Of a stretch of 64,000 nt of DNA, positions 51,255 to 64,000 are shown piece by piece; within the stretch, counting starts at the first letter, position 1, and every line of letters starts with the position of its first letter. The notes under the pieces are model-generated. The model did not search any database, was not told where the DNA came from, and saw only the letters and a list, made by a program, of their open reading frames with translations. The position numbers and the translations under genes were made by a program. The DNA is taken from the NCBI GenBank assembly GCA_015680685.1, contig MNCI01002523.1, positions 254,278 through 318,277 of the forward strand, read 5' to 3'. This DNA is from Gnetum montanum. Lineage: Eukaryota > Plantae > Gnetophyta.

Positions 51255-54200
51255 TTATGGCCATCTTGACACTGTCATATCTTTCTCTTTATTAGATGGA
51301 TCAATTACGAACCTCTGGTTCCAGCTTCCTGGTATTTCTTCGAGTTTGTTGCAGTAGTTCTTCCATGGGTTCATGCACTCGGTTATCCGTATCTTTTTGA
51401 GCTGCGACATTGCGTTCTGGAGTAGTGGAGGCAGCTCAGAAAGATACGGAAGACGTTCAAGGTACAGTTCCTCAAGGCTGGGGAATGATCCTTCTGCAAA
51501 ATATTCTGGCGGAAGTTCTTTGCATTTATCGTCATCCAAGATTTGAAATGTTTCTAACAGTGGAAGGATCTTAAGCGGCACTGGATACCGGACTCCGGCG
51601 CGAGTCAGTATTAATTTTTTCAGTAAGAACAGGCCCTGCATATTAACCCCCTTCGGCAGCATGATGTTTTTAAGCGCCAAATGCTTGAGTCTTAGCGATT
51701 CCAGCCACTTGTTTGGGAAGGTTCTTCTCTCCTCCTCCTCCTGAGGCTGCCCTTGCCCCAAAGATGCTTCACCAGCATTCAAGGTCATTTCCATTTCCAA
51801 GTTAAGCAGAGCGTCTGTGAACGGACAATTCATTGACTCTGGGAATTGCTTGAATCGTAGATTAACATGGCGTAGGTTGTGCTTGTGCGGCTCCCCTAAC
51901 AATTCCCACGTCCACGGAACATCGGCTTTATCACCGGTATCTGCATTGTTATTATTGAAATACATGAACAAGGGATACTGCAGCTTGAATTTGAACTGAA
52001 CCGAATCTTTTATTGCAACTTGGAAACTTCATGATTGCAGACACTTCATAAAGTTTCATAAACTAAAACGGAAGATTCTATTACATAGACCAAAAATGGT
52101 ATATAAAGTTACTTAAATCCGCAGATAACAAGCAAAAAGTACCGCGGGTTTGTATAACACCATCGGTGTGCGGGAAAAAAATTAAAAATTAAAAATAAAT
52201 ATAAAAATGCAAGTATCAATGTCATTATGCTTTTAGCCTACCCTTTACCTAAGCTCAAATAGGTATGTTAAAGTTAGCCTCTCCTTAGTTTACCAAGACT
52301 ATAATTGTATTTAATAGGTAATTGCATATATCTACAAAGAAGTCTATATAAACTGCTAGTTACCTCTGGTCCTTTTGTTGTTGCTATATCCAATTCACAT
52401 CTAGATAATCCGCTTATGGATGTTTATCTCACACTATACTCTCAGCTCAGCCCTTGATTTGCAGCAAGGGCTTTTTTATAGTTTTTCTCCAGGTATATTT
52501 TGGTGTATTTGTTAAAATTTATTCTGTTGTTTTAATTTTTCATGGAATGTTCTCAGGCATCTATGTGCTAGAATTAAAACTATCATGCGATAGGTTAAAA
52601 GATTCTTAACAAACAAAATCTATTGCCAATAAATTGTTTTATAGAAGGAATCTACATTCACTCAAAAAAGACTAAAGATATGTCAATTATTGATCATCTT
52701 TTAGATGAGAGCCTATCCTTGAGTTTTGGAATACTTTTGTAATGTTAGTGATACCCAACTTCTTAGTGAAAAAAGGAGGAAAAAGTCTTCCATCCAAAAT
52801 GGATCTTTTACTTGCTAAAAATTTCAGCTTAAAGCTAAATAAAAGCCCATAGTTTAAACCTTTTAGAACCTAGAAAAATTCCACAAACAAAGATGTGGAA
52901 AGATTGGTCATTTTAAAAAATGATTGTAAAGCACCAAAGAAAGGGAACACACGTACAATTAATAATAATAATACTGAAATTCCTCCTCACTGATGAGAAT
53001 GAGAGATTTCCTTGTACATTGATTTTGGTGCTTCTTATTACAACACCCTAAACCTTGAATGATTTTGGGCATACTTTGTAATCTTGGTGTCATCAAGGTA
53101 TTCAATGATGGTCTTTCTAATGTTGTTGGGTACAAAAAAATTAAAATCCATTTCAAGGATGGAACCATAAAACCTATATCTCATGTTGATCATATATCCA
53201 AACTCAAAATGAGTTTCTTGTCTATGAGAGAGTTAGATACTAAAGGAAAATGTAAAATATTATAAGGGTCTTTGCTTCCATACTAGCCATTGGTGAAAAG
53301 GTGGAAAGGTTGTATTAACTAAAAGTAAAGACATTGCATCACAACTTCAACTTGCTAAATATTGCTAACATGTAGTCAAACATTGGTCTTTGGCACAAAA
53401 AATCATTGTCTATTTGCTAAACAAAGACATTCAAAACTTCTAAGAAGTAATGCTAAAGTTAATTAAGTATTAGAGCTAATACATAGTGATATATGTGAAC
53501 TAGTTAAAAACTTACAAACCTATTCGCTAGGAGGTATTACACATTATGTTTCATTCATTAATGAATTTTTAAGAGAAGCTTGGATCTATTTAATGAAACA
53601 TTAGTCTAAAGTATTTGAAAAATTTAAAGAGTTCAAAGCTCTTGTTAAAAATTATTCAGTAAAGAAAATCAAGGTTCTTAGAGCAAATAGTGATGGTGAA
53701 TTTTGCTCTTATGCTTTTGACAATTTTTGCAAAGAACATGACTTATACAAGTAGAAGACTATTCTAGGAACTCTCAAGGAGAATAGAGTACCTAAATGTT
53801 TAATAAAATGTTGTTGGAATGAACCAAATGCATGCTATATGAAGATGATCTTAGAAAGCATTTCTAGGCTGAAGCTATAATGATTGCTTGCTATCTCATT
53901 AACAAATCTCCTTCCTTTACAATTAATGGAAGGATTCCAGAAAAAATATGGAGTGGAAAGCCTATCAATTTGAATTATCTTTGAGTTTTTTTGATGTAAA
54001 GCTTATGTTCATATTCCAAAAACTAATAGATCAAAATTAGATTACAAGTATGTAAAGTGTATTTTCCTTAGTTATGATCATGGTGTAAAAGCTTATCAGT
54101 TATATAACTTAAAAAATAAAAGGTTATATATAGTCATGATGTTATATTTAGAGAGACTTGTGGACATATAAAACACAATCTCTCTAATTAAGTAACACTT

Positions 54201-57200
54201 GATGATGTATCTTTCCAGATTAATAAAAAGAACCTACATTGCTCATGACAAATATGGGGTTAATTATGTAAAAAAAAAAAATAAGTACATAGAAGATTTT
54301 AGTAAAGATAAGGAAACAGAGTATCAACATGATGCTCCATCAACTTCATGCCACTTAAGATGATATGGTTGTATAAAAAAATTACTCGTATAATTTAAAG
54401 ATCAAATTCTAATCATTGAAACTAAGCCACTTATAATGAAGTGTGTACATCTCTTTATGATAAAGATTTAAAGTAAGTAATGAATGATGACATGCCCTTT
54501 ATTTATAATAATAAGATATGGGAATTGGCTGTACTACCATATGATAGAAAAAAAATTAAATGTAAGTGGGTGTTTAGAATTAAATCTAGTAACCACTATA
54601 AAGCACATCTTGTGGTTAAGACTTATTCTCCCTTGTGCTAAAATTAACATCTATTAGATCATTACTATCAATAGCAGTAACTTATAATCTAGAATTTGAA
54701 CAAATGAATGTGAAAATTTCTTTCCTTAATGATGATCTTGAGAAGGAAATATACATGCTTCAACTTGAAGGGCATGAAGTTAAAGGAAAAGAGCGTATGA
54801 TGTGTCAATTATTAAGATCATTGTATGGGCTCAAACAAGCACCAAGGATGTGGAATAAGAAATTTAATGAACAGATAGTAAGTCTTGGCTTCATTAGAAG
54901 GTAAAAAGAGTCTTATTGTATGTTTAAAATAAAAGTGAAAAACTTTTAACTTTACTAAGATATGTTGATGACATGGTAATAGTAGGAAGTGACATGAATG
55001 GAATTGAGAAGTTGAAACTTCTTTCTTCTTAGTTTGAGATAAAAGATCTTGGTGTTGTTAAAAAGATTTTGGGCATGGAAATTAAAAGAAAGGATTAATA
55101 AATACTTTGGGTTGGACAATCTACAAATGTGAAAAATATCTTAGAAAGACATAATATGTAAGATTATAAGCCTTGTGAAACTAGGATGAAGCTCTTAGTT
55201 GAACAATTTCTAAAGACATATAAAGAAAAAGAGCTCATGCTAAAAATTTCATAGCCTAGTGTTGTTAACAATGTTGTTAGCATTTTAATGTATGTGATGA
55301 TTAGTATAAACCTAACATTGTATGTTTGTTTTTTAATAAAGCTATAACCTAAAACTCTAGCTACAACATCTCTTGCAATATATAAAAATATTTTACGATT
55401 AATGTTTCTTTGAATTCCCTGCGGATAAATGCTAGAATCTATAAATACCAAATATATTTCAACTTACACCTGAAATGTCCCTTCTTTTTAATAGTCTTAA
55501 AAAGTAAATTAACGTATTCAGCTTGGTTTTTAGAATCACCTTGGCTGTCGAGCTCTATGATAATTCCCTTCACCACTTCAAGATCTTCCACAGGTTTTTG
55601 GCTGGACCGTTTGGCAAGTTTGCGCCAAATTGCTGGTTCCTGTCGTTCTGTCGTCTGTCGTTTTGGCATTGAAAATGATAGAAATCTGAGCCGATGGAGC
55701 TTCCCTAACCAAGACGGGACTTCACTTATTTCACATTTGCACAAGATGAGATACTCCAGCAAAGGCAGATGTTGTATACATCCCGGTAACGATTTCATGT
55801 TAGGATGCTCCAGATGCAGATACCTTAGCAGTGGAAGCTTACCAACAACGAGATGCAGAGAGGAGACGGGGTCTTCTTTATCGAGGGTTACGGATAACAC
55901 ACGAAGGCTGCGCACCTGTTGTAAGAATGACAGATCTGCTGGCTGGTTTCCCACGCTCAAGAGCAGAGTTCGAACCGTGTTCGGAAATTTGTAACATGGG
56001 GAAGGCGTAATGGACTCTAGTCTGATGTTCATTCGCAAACTTCTCTTAGAATAATGAACAGCTTCCATGATATCATGAACTGGACCTGTTTAAACAAGGC
56101 TTGGGTCAGAATTTATTCAAAACATTGCATGTATACTGCATACGCAGAAGCGTAATATATGTGCAATTTTATTGAGTAATAGATTACACCAAAAGGATTA
56201 AAACTAGTGTCTTTGGAGCCCAGTTAATTTGAAAATCGAATCCAAATAGCTCTTATGCCATTTCATTGAAGACAGTTTTTAGAGAATAAGTCACGCCTAC
56301 ATGCATCCCACAAATCACATGCTGAGTATATGGAATTAAATTCTACAAGTTGTACCGTGAAGATCCAACCATGTGCAATATAAATTTAGTGGTTACCAAT
56401 AAGAGGTAGGGTGGTTGCTTTTTTTACGGTAAAGATTTGGTCGTTGAGGTGGGTGTTGAAAATGTCAACATACACCAAATACATATAATTAACAGCAATA
56501 TACTCTTAAGCGTGATTCCAAACTTAAAGCATAGTTAAATTCTTTCAAGGTAGTAATATGTCTTTGAAATCAGATATTGAACTTATGCCTCTTTAGAAGC
56601 ATTGCTCAATATGGAGTTTACTACTAGATGGCTGGCTTTATATGAGCTTTAATATCTATGCCTTTGGGACTTTCTTAGCTCACTTCAAGGTCTACATTTT
56701 CCCTTGGAAAAAGATTTGACTAGAAGATTAGAAAACAATTGTTCTATCATATTAAGCAACCAACTCTTCTATATGGCTATGGTCCTAGATTAGCAAGTAA
56801 ATATTGAAGACAAGTTTAAGAATTCATAGTTAAAAAATAGATACAATATAATCTACTTAAAACTGATATGATGCCTTTAAAAATAGAATTCTTTTGTTAT
56901 ATTGTATCATTTTTCTGTGATCTTTCTAATTGCATAGTGGATAAATTTTCTTTAAAAAGTCTTAAATATTACATGTCAACATGGTGGTTCCATAATGGAT
57001 GTTATGGCTTTTAAAAAAAAACAAGATATTGAAAAGGAGATTCTCTCCTATGATACAAAGTAACTCCATAAGATTATAGACACATGGTCCTTTTACACAT
57101 ATGGAGTAACTTGGAAGAAAAGACATAATTTTATATAATTAACATCAAAATAAGAGGCATTGATAGAAAACAACATATTCATCCGCCTCTATTTCCTATC

Positions 57201-59788
57201 ATTTAAGCTATCATATTAGCATGGCAAGATTGGGCTCTCAATACTTTATAATTGAAACATGTAGATAGCTCAAGATTCCATGAGATTATAGGAGAAAACC
57301 TTTAGTTTATATAGTCAAAGAGTAATAGAAAATGAATTTTTCATATCTGTTTAATGTTTTATGCTAGAGCATGTTTGCAAGAGATGGTAAATTATGATGA
57401 GCAACTTAATTGAGTTGAGTTGTCTCCAATAGAGTCATGGAAGCTTGGCAATTTTATGAATTAAGTTTTTTAACACATTTTGTGCATACTTCCTCTATTC
57501 GAGATATGTATCTAGAGGGTCTAAAGATGCAATTACAATCAGTTTGAACTTTGAGGAGACAATTAGCTTTATAGAAAATTATGGGATGCTATTGAAAAGA
57601 AGAAATTTACCTTGCAGAAGCATACCTAAGAGCACTCATATTTCTTTAGTCAAAGATGTGAATTAACAAAAAAGAACAAGTGAACATCATATTAAATTGA
57701 AACAGGGAGATGGGTATAAAATCCTAGATCAAAGATTGATTGCCCAGAAATGTAGATTATGTGGCTGAATTGAGGATGAGCAAGAAGCTTTTCTTTATTT
57801 TCTATCCAACAGACATCTTTAAATAAAAATAGAAACTTCCTGCAAATTTGCACTTTGAAATTGTCAAAAAAAAAAAAACCGTAAATAAGGTATATCAGAG
57901 ATTTGTGGTGCCATCGGTTTTTCCAATAATCATAAGTAAAGTTCAAGAAAAATCTAACAATATATGAAGTGTTAAGATGCTTGACTTGGGTAACCACAAG
58001 GTTACTTCCAAGGGTCTTTCAGTTTTATACTAGCTACTGACTAACTTGTTCAAGAAATCTTTTACCGTTTTAAAAAAGTCCGCAATACAAGAATTAACAG
58101 TGAGGGAAAGCATTTTACCAGCACTAGCAGTAGCAGCAGCAACGGCACGGCGCCGACGAGTTTCAAACTTGGCAACAGCATCCTTAACGTTCGACGGTAT
58201 TGTTTCCTCGCTAGAAGTGACAGGAGGCGGGTCTGCACCACTGGAATGGGTACTGCCAGAACCACCAGCGTTACCAAAAACAGCGCTCCCACTGGAATTG
58301 GGTTGAGAACGGGAAGCACCAGAGTTAGCGTTGTTGCAAGGGCCAGCACCATAACTGCTGCCTCCGCATTCACGATACAGGCTGACAGCCAGGTCGTGGA
58401 CGAATTTGCCGACCCCGACGACGTCGACGTCGACGTCAGTGGTGCAGCGGCGAGGGCCAGGGAACTTATCCACCAACAGTGCAGAATAAAGCTGGTCGAG
58501 AGCACGCTCAGCATCCAGGTGGGTAGCAACCAGGCGCTCCGCCACCCACATGCCCATGAGCTGCTCCGCCTCTATTCTGTCCTCCTCGTCTCTGAGAATG
58601 CCCAGGAAAGCGAAGCAGGGCTTGTATTGTTGCTCTAGCGCGTCGAAGCTCAGCCTGAGCACATGGAACACCACGTTCGCGTTCTCGGCCGACAGCGTGT
58701 GGATGGCCNAATGCGTCCATCTGCTTGGCCACGTTTCGGCTGCGTGTGGAAATGAGGAGGTTGCAGCATGAAGGTAAGCCGATCCGAGCCAGGCTCTCGC
58801 GAACGCTGTGGCACCGCATCCGTATCCGCTCTGGCTCGGGCACCTCCCACACGTCATCTAAAACCGCCAGACAGCTGCCCCTCTGTCATCATTAATAACA
58901 TCGGAAACAATTCAGACTGCGATTCAGATGTACAGAGAGTTCTTCGTTAATAATCATTAATCGTAAGTTAATAATCATATTGCTCCTGTTGTTGCTTACG
59001 TTCTTGAGTACGACGTGGATTGTCTGCTGCAGCATGAGTGAACTCTGCCACTGGTAAGGGATGCCAAGCTGCAGCAGCACATCCTTCTGCAGCTGCTTGA
59101 TCTTATAATTTGGAGACACTGACAACCAAATCACTACGTCGAAGTGCCCCTCCTTCATCTCCCAATACACATGTTGTAGCAACCTGGTTTTGCCACTTCC
59201 GCCCAACCCAACAATAGCAACAGCTTTGTGGTTAAATAACATTTTTTTGAACTGTTTCAGCTTGGATGAGTCGGGTCCTAGACCCACGGACTCGCTACAG
59301 ATCAATGGCCCCATCCTATTAGAATTTGCCACATCCGAAGAAAACTGTGCATCAGCTTCTGTTGGTACAGAAATGGCCATTTTTCGGGCCTGCAGTTTCT
59401 CTGCCCGGTCCAGTAACTGCAAGAGCTTGACATTCACACCCCGGATCTCTTTGCCCATCTCAAGCCTGAACCCCATTTCTGAGAAGAAATTCGTTATCAT
59501 TTCCAGGCATCCCGGCCAACATGGCACGCGACTAGCGCAGATTTCGATGACGTCCTCAGCATTTAAGGCTTCATCCTGGAGCTCTCTCAGCCAATCCCTC
59601 ACCATCACTGTTTGATTGCCCATGGAAAATTTTTTTGCATCATTCAGCAATCCTTGCAGATCCATGAGATTCTTTTCCAGTTTTTTGATATCATGCTCAA
59701 ACTCTTGAATGAGGTTTACATCATTCTGCACCTTGTGAACGATATTCTCCAACAAAGTTCTTGTGATATTCACAGCAATGTCCACCAT
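51255..59788 (-). CDS. CC-NB-ARC-LRR (CNL) immune receptor, four predicted coding exons: 59788-59000, 58882-58119, 56085-55540, 51940-51255
   Basis: Rx-type CC with AEDVIE; P-loop GLGGSGKT; RNBS-A FDVVIWLSVS; kinase-2 LAVLDDVW; RNBS-B LISTRS; RNBS-D CFAFL; VHD; LRRs. GT-AG junctions phase-compatible (last junction less certain); frame break at N 58709. Confidence 0.88.
52230..55400 (+). mobile_element. Decayed, 3'-truncated Ty1/copia element in NLR intron 3
   Basis: INT LELIHSDIC...FKEFKALV..KKIKVLR; RT KCKWVF, SIRSLLSIA, SLYGLKQAPRMW, YVDDM; INT precedes RT; no RNase H seen. Confidence 0.88.
56600..57600 (+). mobile_element. Very degraded LINE-like remnant in NLR intron 2
   Basis: Scattered fragments (LTRRLE..IILSNQ, LKTD, KGDSL) loosely resembling L1 RT. 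Confidence 0.3.
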
Positions 59789-60344
59789 AGCTTCCAAACT
59801 CTGAGTACTGAAAAAGCTAAAATGCAGTTCCTAGCAACTGAACTAAAGCAACAAGCCTGGGAAGCCAAGGATACCTAAACAATAAAGGTGTTTATTGCTG
59901 ATGCATAAATTTTGGATACAGCAAAACTCATTTAAATAGGCCATTGGCTAGGGTGCCTATCATATGGGTATGAAACCCAGAATAGTCTCAACTGGAAAGA
60001 TAATGTGGTATTCCGTTAAACATGACGTTTAACTTTACCGGGTAGATAAAAGCAACAGTCCAAAATAACTTTGGTAGACTGCTCACTTTAACACTTTAAC
60101 AAGGATACTTGTGCATTAATGAACTGTAAAACGAAAAGCTTGAAATAGTTGACAGTTTGAAGGAAGAATTATAAGAGTTTTGAAGAAACAGAGCCTTTCA
60201 ACAGAGACCAAGGTTGACTTGCAGAAATTAAAAAATAATTAAACGGCACAACCCTGCATCCACCACCCATGTGCGGATAACGGCAGCATCCACCACTCAT
60301 GCGCAGCAAACGGCTTCGATGATGCGGAGGCCACGACGGCTGCA

Positions 60345-63300
60345 TCTGTGTGTAAATTATTGCAAATTAAAAACTTTGCTGGCTACGAGCCCTGCGGAAC
60401 CAGCAGATAGGCCTGCGCAGAGTTGCTTTGTAATGGCTGCAGGTGTTGCGGATTCCGTGCCGCATGAGCCGCTACCCACAGCGGATAGGTTGACAGGTCA
60501 AGAAAAACAGCAAATCAAATTTACCGTTTCGTTTCAATAAATCTCAGAAGGTAAAAAGTAGTAGTAGCTGAGGTTTTCCTTGGTGTTGTCTTTTGCCATT
60601 ATTGGAGAGATTCTCTGAAACTTTTTGTTCCTTTTTGGCCAACTTCCGGTTTTTGGCCATGCATGCCTCAACTTCCGCCGAAGTTGCAGAGGATTCTGAT
60701 TCGGCCTTTGTGCTCCAGGTCTTCAGTCCTTTGGCAGTAATCTGCATATTATTTTAGCACGTGCAATAAAATTAAGGATCGCTCATGTCATGGGATCAGA
60801 AAGTTTGAAATCCTTGGCCTTAATCAAATTGAGATGCACAAATAGTTAACAGCTGTTAAAATATTTATTGCTATAATAAATAATATTAGCCACTACAGCT
60901 CACAATACAACTGAACCACATATATATATATATATATAAAAGGCTAAACTCCTGATTTTATATTACTAAATATTAGTCAACGCTATAATGCCAGTGCCAT
61001 TTCGGAGGTCAAAGGATCACAAATTAATGGAATGTTTAGGTAGTCTACCAACGTGAGCTGTTACGATTACGACGGAGGAACCTCACAAGCAGTCACATGG
61101 CTTGCATTGGAATTGGAATTTTATATCATAAATGGATTGTTATGCAAGCTTTGATTTACTTACTTTTAAGGCTGGATAGTGTATCCTTTCTTAACTAATT
61201 AACAGCTAGCTTTTGAAGGGCCCTACAATTTGGCTATGATTCAACAAAATTAATTATTTATAAAACATCCTGTTTGCTTTATCTATTATACTACGTGAAT
61301 AATTTGCACACCTTAAAACCTATAAGATTTTACTTTTCATGAGAGTAAAACTTATTAGTCATGGCACCATGCGAGAAAGTTGGCATCAACACTTATATTA
61401 TGAGCCACCAAATAGGCAAAAAAACAGAAAATGGCGTAGAAGGGAAAAAAAAGGTGCGCCTCACATTGGTGTTTTGCACAGTATAGCTGGGTTGAATTTA
61501 ATGTAAAAGCTATAGCTAAGAAGAGGGGGTTATGTAGTACAGCTTATACATCGTATCATACACCGGCTTACTATTGAAAAATATTTTCGAAGAGGGAAAA
61601 CCTGTGAAAACAAATGTAAAATACAGGTAAAATCTCCAAAACGTATGCTCCTTCCGGGAATTATGAAGCTCAGTAGATCTATGTTATCTTGGAGGAACAT
61701 GTACTTTATTGCATGTATTTAAAAAGATTTGCTGCTGGAGAACCTAAGCAGATATAATAGTTAACTAAGCATACAAAGCAACTGCATTGGATTTTTGTGG
61801 CTGAAAACCACACAGCACTCTACCACAGCTTATGAGTGTTATCTCTGTGTATCCTTTATCTCTAATGTTTGGGTTCAGGTAAAATTTGATTGAACATAAA
61901 ACAACGGACTCATTGGTCGCATGATTTATTTTTGGTAAATTAAATATTTAAAAATTTAGTATTTACCTTTTCGTACATTGTTTTTTAATAATAATAATAA
62001 TAATAATGCAATTAGCATGTCCCTTGTTTTCTAGATTGGTCTCTTTCACTACAATTATCTTCGTTTTCTACATTTGTCACTTTCACCATCCACATTTATT
62101 CGTTGTTAGCTCTGTTCAGCCTCAGCCTCAGCCTCACACTGCATAATTCCTCTTCTACCACGCCATTACCACTGCCTCTGCGTGTGGGTCAACGTTTTCG
62201 TCTGCCAAGTTCTGGCACGCCCTGTAGATTCCCAGTGAGTTCGGAAATCCATGCATGGTGTTACAGACAGCAACGGCTTCCATGATTTGGAGCTGTGTAA
62301 ATGCTTGCAAATTAAAAATTTTGCTGCCTACGAGCCCTGCGTAACCAGCAGACAGGCCTGTGCGGAGTTGTTCTGCAATGGCTGCAGGTGTTGCAGATTC
62401 CTTGCCGCATGAGCCGCAAATCAAATCTACCGTTTCGTTCCAATAAATCTCAGAAAGTAAAAAATAGTAGGAGCTGAGCTTTTCCTTAGTGTTGTCTTTA
62501 GTCGTTATTGGAGAGATTCTCTGAAACTTTGTGTTCTTTTTTGGGAAACTTCCGGTTTGTGGCCATGCATGCCTCAACTTCTGCCCAAGTTGCAGACTTG
62601 GAGGACCGTTTTACCGACAAACAAACGTTAAAATGCCAGAATAGCTACCAATGCGTGGCAAGTTGATTCTCTGCGGAAGCTTAGTAAATTTGTGCCTGAC
62701 CCTACCGAATATGTCAACCACCACTGCGGACTCTGATTCGGCCCTTGTGCTTGAGGTCTTCAATCCTTTAGCAGTAATCTGCATATTATTTTAGCAGGTG
62801 CAGTAAAATTAAGGATCGCTCATGTCATGGGATCAGAAAGTTTGAAATCCTTCGCCTTAGTCAAATTGAGATGTGCAAATAGGTAACAGGTATTAAAATA
62901 TTTATTTCTATAATAAATAATATGTGCCACTACTGCTGCACAATATGACTGAACCACATATATTATAAAAAAAATTTGGCCAAACTCCTAATTTTATATG
63001 ACTAAAAATTAATCAACGCTATAATGCCAGTGCCATTTCGGAGATCAAGGATCACAAATTAAAGGAATGTTTAGGTAGTTACGATTATGATAGAGAAGGA
63101 ACCGTAAAAGAAATCACGTGGCCTGCATTGGAATTGGAATTTTTTTTATCCTAAATGAATTGTTATGCAAGCTTTGATTTACTTAATCTTAATGTTGGCT
63201 AGTGTATCCTTTCTTACATTTTTAGCTAATTATTAGCTAGCTTTTGAAGGGCTCCATGGATTTTGCTATGATTTAACAAAATTAGCTATTTATAAAACAT

Positions 63301-63447
63301 CATATTATATTTTCAATCCTTGACTTTATCTATGGTACCACGTGAATAATTTACATAGGTTAAAACCTATAGGATTTTACTTTTCATGGGATTAAAACTT
63401 ATTAGTCATGGCCCCATGCCTAGCATAGGAAAGTTGGCATTAACATT
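60345..63447. repeat. Direct duplication of ~1.1 kb upstream of the NLR (60345-61390 and 62293-63447)
   Basis: Long near-identical runs, e.g. AAAATTAAGGATCGCTCATGTCATGGGATCAGAAAGTTTGAAATCC in both copies. Confidence 0.92.
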
Positions 63448-63901
63448 TAGCCCCCAAACTTTAAATTGCATGTAAGTGCAAGAATAGCAAAACTATAGAA
63501 ATTTTAAAAGGGAATGCAAAAGATAAAGATTTAAAAGATTTCAAAACATTGACAAACTAAAATTTGAAAGTAAAATAGACCATTTGATCATGATTAAAAT
63601 AATCATATAATCAAGGGAGTACTAAACATGGGCCACCCTTGCCACACCACCTTGTTTAATCAAGATATAACTTTATAAATCATAATCTTATCTGTGTGTG
63701 TCTGTGTGTGTGTATCGATTATTCATAATTAAGATTTCGTTCCCAATCATCTCACAAATAAAAGAAATTAGCATGATGACTACTTTGAACACAAGATTTA
63801 TGCCAAACTTAATGAAGAGGACATGCTTCTTTTAGATCATAGCTAGCCACAACTTTTGGATTTCCTTAGTTTTATTTTTTGAATTTTGGGGAAATAGGTT
63901 T

Positions 63902-64000
63902 TGATGAGACGCGACATGCATAGTGCCACGATATCACGTCTTTCCCTGCGATATTGCGTACGTGATATCACTGTCCGCCGCCATATCTATAAATAAGAGG
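63902..64000 (+). mobile_element. Start of a probable LTR running off the window
   Basis: Begins TGATGAG like the Athila-type LTR at 43413 (TGATGAA at 18037); GATATC repeats; CTATAAATA at ~63987. Confidence 0.55.

Noticed and set aside
50800-51255. Short duplications in the NLR 3' flank
   Set aside because: Ordinary 20-40 bp slippage duplications with no further structure
58355-58370. VHD instead of MHD as an autoactivating change
   Set aside because: His and Asp are intact; variation at the first position is common

Overview
Land-plant nuclear DNA from a repeat-rich, heavily methylated genome (strong CpG/CHG decay; host lineage cannot be fixed from sequence alone). Bases 1-50 kb are a nest of decayed Ty3/gypsy LTR retrotransposons: (i) a Tat-type element (1-15073, +) with gag, PR, RT-RH-aRH-INT and a 3' LTR; (ii) a Gag-PR-only relative (19379-30258, -) whose LTRs carry two tandem arrays; (iii) Athila-like elements, one pol-less copy (34236-43413, -, TSD GATGG) sitting inverted inside the integrase of another. 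An RTE LINE fragment follows, then a four-exon CC-NB-ARC-LRR (NLR) gene on the minus strand (59788-51255) with a Copia remnant in an intron, an upstream ~1.1 kb duplication, and a CpG-rich LTR start at the window edge. Main discovery: the ~5 kb spacer between PR and RT of the Tat element holds an antisense six-exon gene (7713-3877, about 974 codons, all splice phases consistent, no frameshift found) encoding an FCP1/NIF-like HAD phosphatase-fold domain, a plant-transposon (PMD/Athila-ORF2-like) domain, a coiled coil and an acidic tail. All translations and alignments were done by eye.
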